The notes below the pieces were generated by a model. That model saw only the letters and a list, made by a program, of their open reading frames with translations, did not search any database and was not told the origin of the DNA. From the human T2T-CHM13v2.0 reference genome, Homo sapiens, in the NCBI RefSeq assembly GCF_009914755.1, contig NC_060941.1: DNA of 64,000 bases; one strand, written 5' to 3'. The stretch's first letter is position 1. Each line of letters opens with the position of its first letter. The translations under genes and the position numbers were made by a program. Positions 60,425-64,000 of the stretch are shown here, piece by piece.

Positions 60425-61495
60425 GGTCCTTTCACATTTAATCCTCAACATATATCCTAGGAAATTGGCTTTATTTCCCCAACTTGAGAAATGAGGGGGA
60501 CGCAGCCCAGGAATGTTAAGTTGCTTGCCCCATTGTCCTGTTGTTGAGTAGCCGAACCAGAATTCAAACTGGACTTTGTCCAACTTAAAAGACTCTGCCT
60601 TCTTCAGCATGTTACCCTGAAAAGCTCACAAAAAAGTACTCATTACAGAGGGGGAGCTCACTAAGTGTTCGTTGGATGAAGTCTTAGTTATAAGCACAAA
60701 CTGACCCCAAACTGTTTTGATGTTGATCTGGATCTTGGCAGCAGCAGAGCATGGAATCCCCAGGGAATAAGAGGGGCTGGTAGAGAGGGGTTGCTTAGAA
60801 AGGAGTAGGGAGAGCTAAGATGAGACCAGGGTGGAAAGGTGGGTAAAAGAGGAACCGACCAGCATAAATCCACTGGGATGCAGATCTCCACTAAGGCCTC
60901 TGGAAATTCTCCGGTCTCTGAGCTCACCTCTTTCATCCCACTACACTAAAAAGTAACAGTGGGGCAGAGACAGGCTAGCTGTTTGCCAAGCCCATTTTCC
61001 CTTGGTCCTGGGCATGCAGGTAGACTACACTTCCTAGACATCCTTGATCCAGACACCACACACCAGAATACAGATGACCTGGGGTTCCGCTGGATTCCTA
61101 GCTTGCCAGATGTCACGGATTGGGAATTCCCAGCAGAGGTAGAGGCCCCCGGTATTATGCAGCCCTGGATTCTGGATCAAGCTCCAGCTCTATCACTCGC
61201 TAGCTCTGTAGTTGTCACCAGCTCACTTTATCTCTAAGATTATGAAACACTCATTGACGGGTTTTCCTCTAGTATTTCCTGTCTGTCAGGTCCATTATCC
61301 CATTAGACACAGGATTTTGCAGCATCTATTTCTTCAGAGAAAGAAAGCTACATCAGAAGCAAAGCAAACATTTTTGATTTTCAAAAATAGATAGACCCTG
61401 GAATCTCAGGACATAGCAATTACATGATACATCAGAATTAGGTTATTGAGCCAAGATTGATTAAAGAATCCCTCCATATGAAGAAGAAATGGTGG

Positions 61496-61800
61496 AGCCA
61501 GCCATAGTGGCTCACGCACTTTGGGAGGTGGAGGCAAGAGGATCACTTGAAGCCAGGAGTTGGAGACCAGCCTGGGTAACATAGCAAGACCTCATCTGTG
61601 CAAAAAAGAAAAAAATTGGCCATGCACCTGTAGTTGCAACCATTATTTCACATTCAGAATAACAGCTACTCTAGAGTCTGAGGCTGGAGGATTGCTTGAG
61701 CCCAAGAATTCGGAGGCTGTAGTGAACTATGATCATGCCACTGCACTCTTTCCTGGGCAACAAAGTGAGACCCTATCTCAATCAATCAATCAATCAATCA
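61496..61800 (+). mobile_element. AluJ with small deletions, a 28-nt insert and a (TCAA)n tail
   Basis: Alu body; insert at 61635-61662. Confidence 0.9.
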
Positions 61801-62215
61801 ATGCCAGGCAAAGACAGACCAGCTGTTTACCAAGTTCATTTTCTCCATGGTCCTGGGCGTGCAGGTAGACTACACTTCCCAGATACCTTTGCAGGTAGAC
61901 ATAGCCATGGGACTGAGTTCCAGCCAACAGAACGTGATTGGCACCGATGTGTGCACTTCTTTCAGGCTTGGACCTGGAAAGTGTTCCAAGTTCGATTCTT
62001 CCACACTCTTGCTTAATTCAGGACCTGATGCCGTTATACCCAGCAACTTTGAAAGCCACGTGTTGAGGATGAGGGAGCTACAGATGGAAGGTATCTAGAG
62101 AGCCACCTGCCAATTAGGAACACCCATTTTGGCTTTCATATGACTGATGAAGAAGCTTCTACAGTGTTTAAACTATCATATGTTCTTGGCGTTCGCATCT
62201 AATACTGCCTTCAAT
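61801..62215 (+). mobile_element. ERVL-class LTR (LTR16/LTR33-like); 5' ~90 nt also present at 60958-61045
   Basis: 'tagactacacttcccagatacctttgcagg...gccatgggactgagttccagccaacagaacgtga'. Confidence 0.7.
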
Positions 62216-63161
62216 AATACAATTTGAGACGAAACCCCAAGGGAAACACTGCAAGGCAGTGCAGGCGGCCACAGGGAAATAGAACTGGCCAACATTCCAG
62301 TTTTATCCCCACAAAACGATGGGAGCTCAAAATAGAAATTGAAGTTGACTATTTGCACATTGGAGTCTGTGGACTAAGATTTTTTTCTTGCTGCTTCTCC
62401 AATAATGGAGCTAAAAATGTGGTCCTTCCTTCCTCAGAGAGTTGTAAGAATCAAAACCAAATAATGTACTTCATAGTAAACTGTAAATTATTCTGAAATA
62501 TAATATATCATTACTGTCATCATCATTATTAACTTTGGCCAAAGTTGATGGGGAAGGAATCTCAAGGGTCCAGATCAGGGGACATTTATAGCAGGAAGGC
62601 CAGACCCTTCTGCCAGCCCAAGGAAAAGGGGGAATGTCCACTCCTTGGATAAAGGCCTATAATCCCAATTCACAAATCCTGAAGAAATGGCTCCTTCTCT
62701 ATTCCTCAACCCCTATGCCCTTCCTCAAGCAAAAGCAGCCTTGTTTCCTAGAGATCTGTCAGATGCTCCTGATGACAAAAGAGAAAGAGGACTTCTGATG
62801 GAGAACAGAACCCGAGAACGTGAAGGGTGTTACCACCTCACCCAGGAGGCAGGGCTGAGTCCACTTCACTCAGTCCAGGCTGCCTGGAGCCCACGCCCCA
62901 CGTAGGAACAAGCTGATCTCCCCCTCCAAAGGAGGCTCTCAGCAAATGGGACCTACATCCCCCCATGGCAACTTACCTTCTTCACTATATTTGGTCCTTA
63001 ATGGAGACATTGCTTTATGGAAATAAACAATAATTATTTCACATCCATAATCATAGCTTAAAATAATTAGTACATTTATTAAGCACTCACTGGGTGGCAG
63101 GGACTTTATTAAAAATGTTAATACCATGTGTCCTCACAAAAATTATCATTATCCTCATTTC

Positions 63162-63459
63162 TTTTTTTTTTTTCTTTTGAGACAGTCTCACTCAGTCACC
63201 CAGGTTGGAGTGCAGTAGCATGATCTCGGCTCACTGCAACCTCCACCTCCGAGGTTCAAGCGACTCTTCTGTCTCAGCCTCCTGAGTAGCTGGGATTACA
63301 GGCACTCACCACAATGGCCAGGCAAATTTTTGTATTTTTAGTAGAGAAGGGGTTTCACCATGTTGGCCAGGCTGGTCTCGAACTCCTGACCTCAAGTGAT
63401 CCGCCCGCCTTGGCCTCCCAAAGTGCTGGGATTATAGGCGTGAGGCACTGCGCTTGCCC
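63162..63459 (-). mobile_element. AluSx inserted in a MIR
   Basis: TSD attatcctcatttc (63148-63161, 63462-63475); the MIR resumes as 'aaagatgaagcacctaagactcagagagg'. Confidence 0.95.
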
Positions 63460-63849
63460 TTATTATCCTCATTTCAAAGATGAAGCACCTAAGACTCAGA
63501 GAGGCCAGGTGATTTGTCCTAAATCACAAAGCTTGATTGTGGCAAAGTCAGAATTCAAATCTATGACTGCTTGACTTCAGAGGCCAAGCTCTTTTACTCA
63601 GTAAGCTATATGGCATCTTATTTTCTGTTTATGTTGTTACAGGCATCGGCCATCTGTTCTACACATGTAGGGCATCTGATGCTTTTTAAAAGAGAAACAT
63701 TATTATCAAGTCTCATCGGCCTCCTTGTTTTGCATGGTACCATGTTAACTGAAACTCACGGATATCATCACCATGCTCTCACTTTACAATTTTCAGTTGC
63801 CATGGAGCTGTGCAAAGTGAGAACAGCCTGTGTTATCCTCGTTGCCATT

Positions 63850-64000
63850 ATCAGAGTATCAGACTGCAATCATGCTGCATAACAGGCCTTTCCAAAACTC
63901 AGTGACCTACCACCGAAAGCATTTGATCTGTGTCACTCTTGGGTGTCTGAGGTGGCTGGGGCAGCTCTGTGTCAGGCTGCAGGGCAGCTGTGCTTGGCTC
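63850..64000 (-). mobile_element. Old MaLR LTR (MLT1I/J-like), truncated by the window edge
   Basis: 'atgctgcataacaggcctttccaaaactcagtgac...ggctggggcagctctg'. Confidence 0.6.

Overview
Primate genomic DNA, most likely human because it contains an AluYa5 carrying all five diagnostic changes. It looks like gene-poor intergenic or deep-intronic sequence. I found no credible protein-coding exon, RNA gene or CRISPR-type array, and I cannot name the locus. Roughly half the window is recognisable interspersed repeat: about 25 Alus (many with target-site duplications), many MIR and L2 fragments, four L1 fragments, MaLR/ERVL LTRs, one MaLR LTR+internal provirus, hAT DNA transposons (MER20 and a MER1/Charlie3 copy with a transposase remnant) and an L3/CR1 reverse-transcriptase remnant. 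Most ORFs in the track come from repeats or low-complexity DNA, and none of the rest looks like a real gene. The best non-repeat features are a CpG-rich, homeobox/TCF-motif-rich island at ~18.55-19.74 kb, two motif clusters (~39.6-40.0 kb and ~47.7-48.3 kb) and a strong CTCF motif at 56235. The unusual structure is a set of local copy events: a ~270-bp fold-back hairpin inside an LTR (31981-32250), a ~330-bp unit duplicated 2.3 kb apart with one copy splitting a MIR, a ~170-bp unit duplicated 2.1 kb apart, a duplicated LTR 5' end and an Alu-to-Alu patch. I did not find evidence for a new biological system. Repeat subfamily names come from recalled consensus sequences, identities are by-eye estimates, and boundaries without a TSD are approximate.
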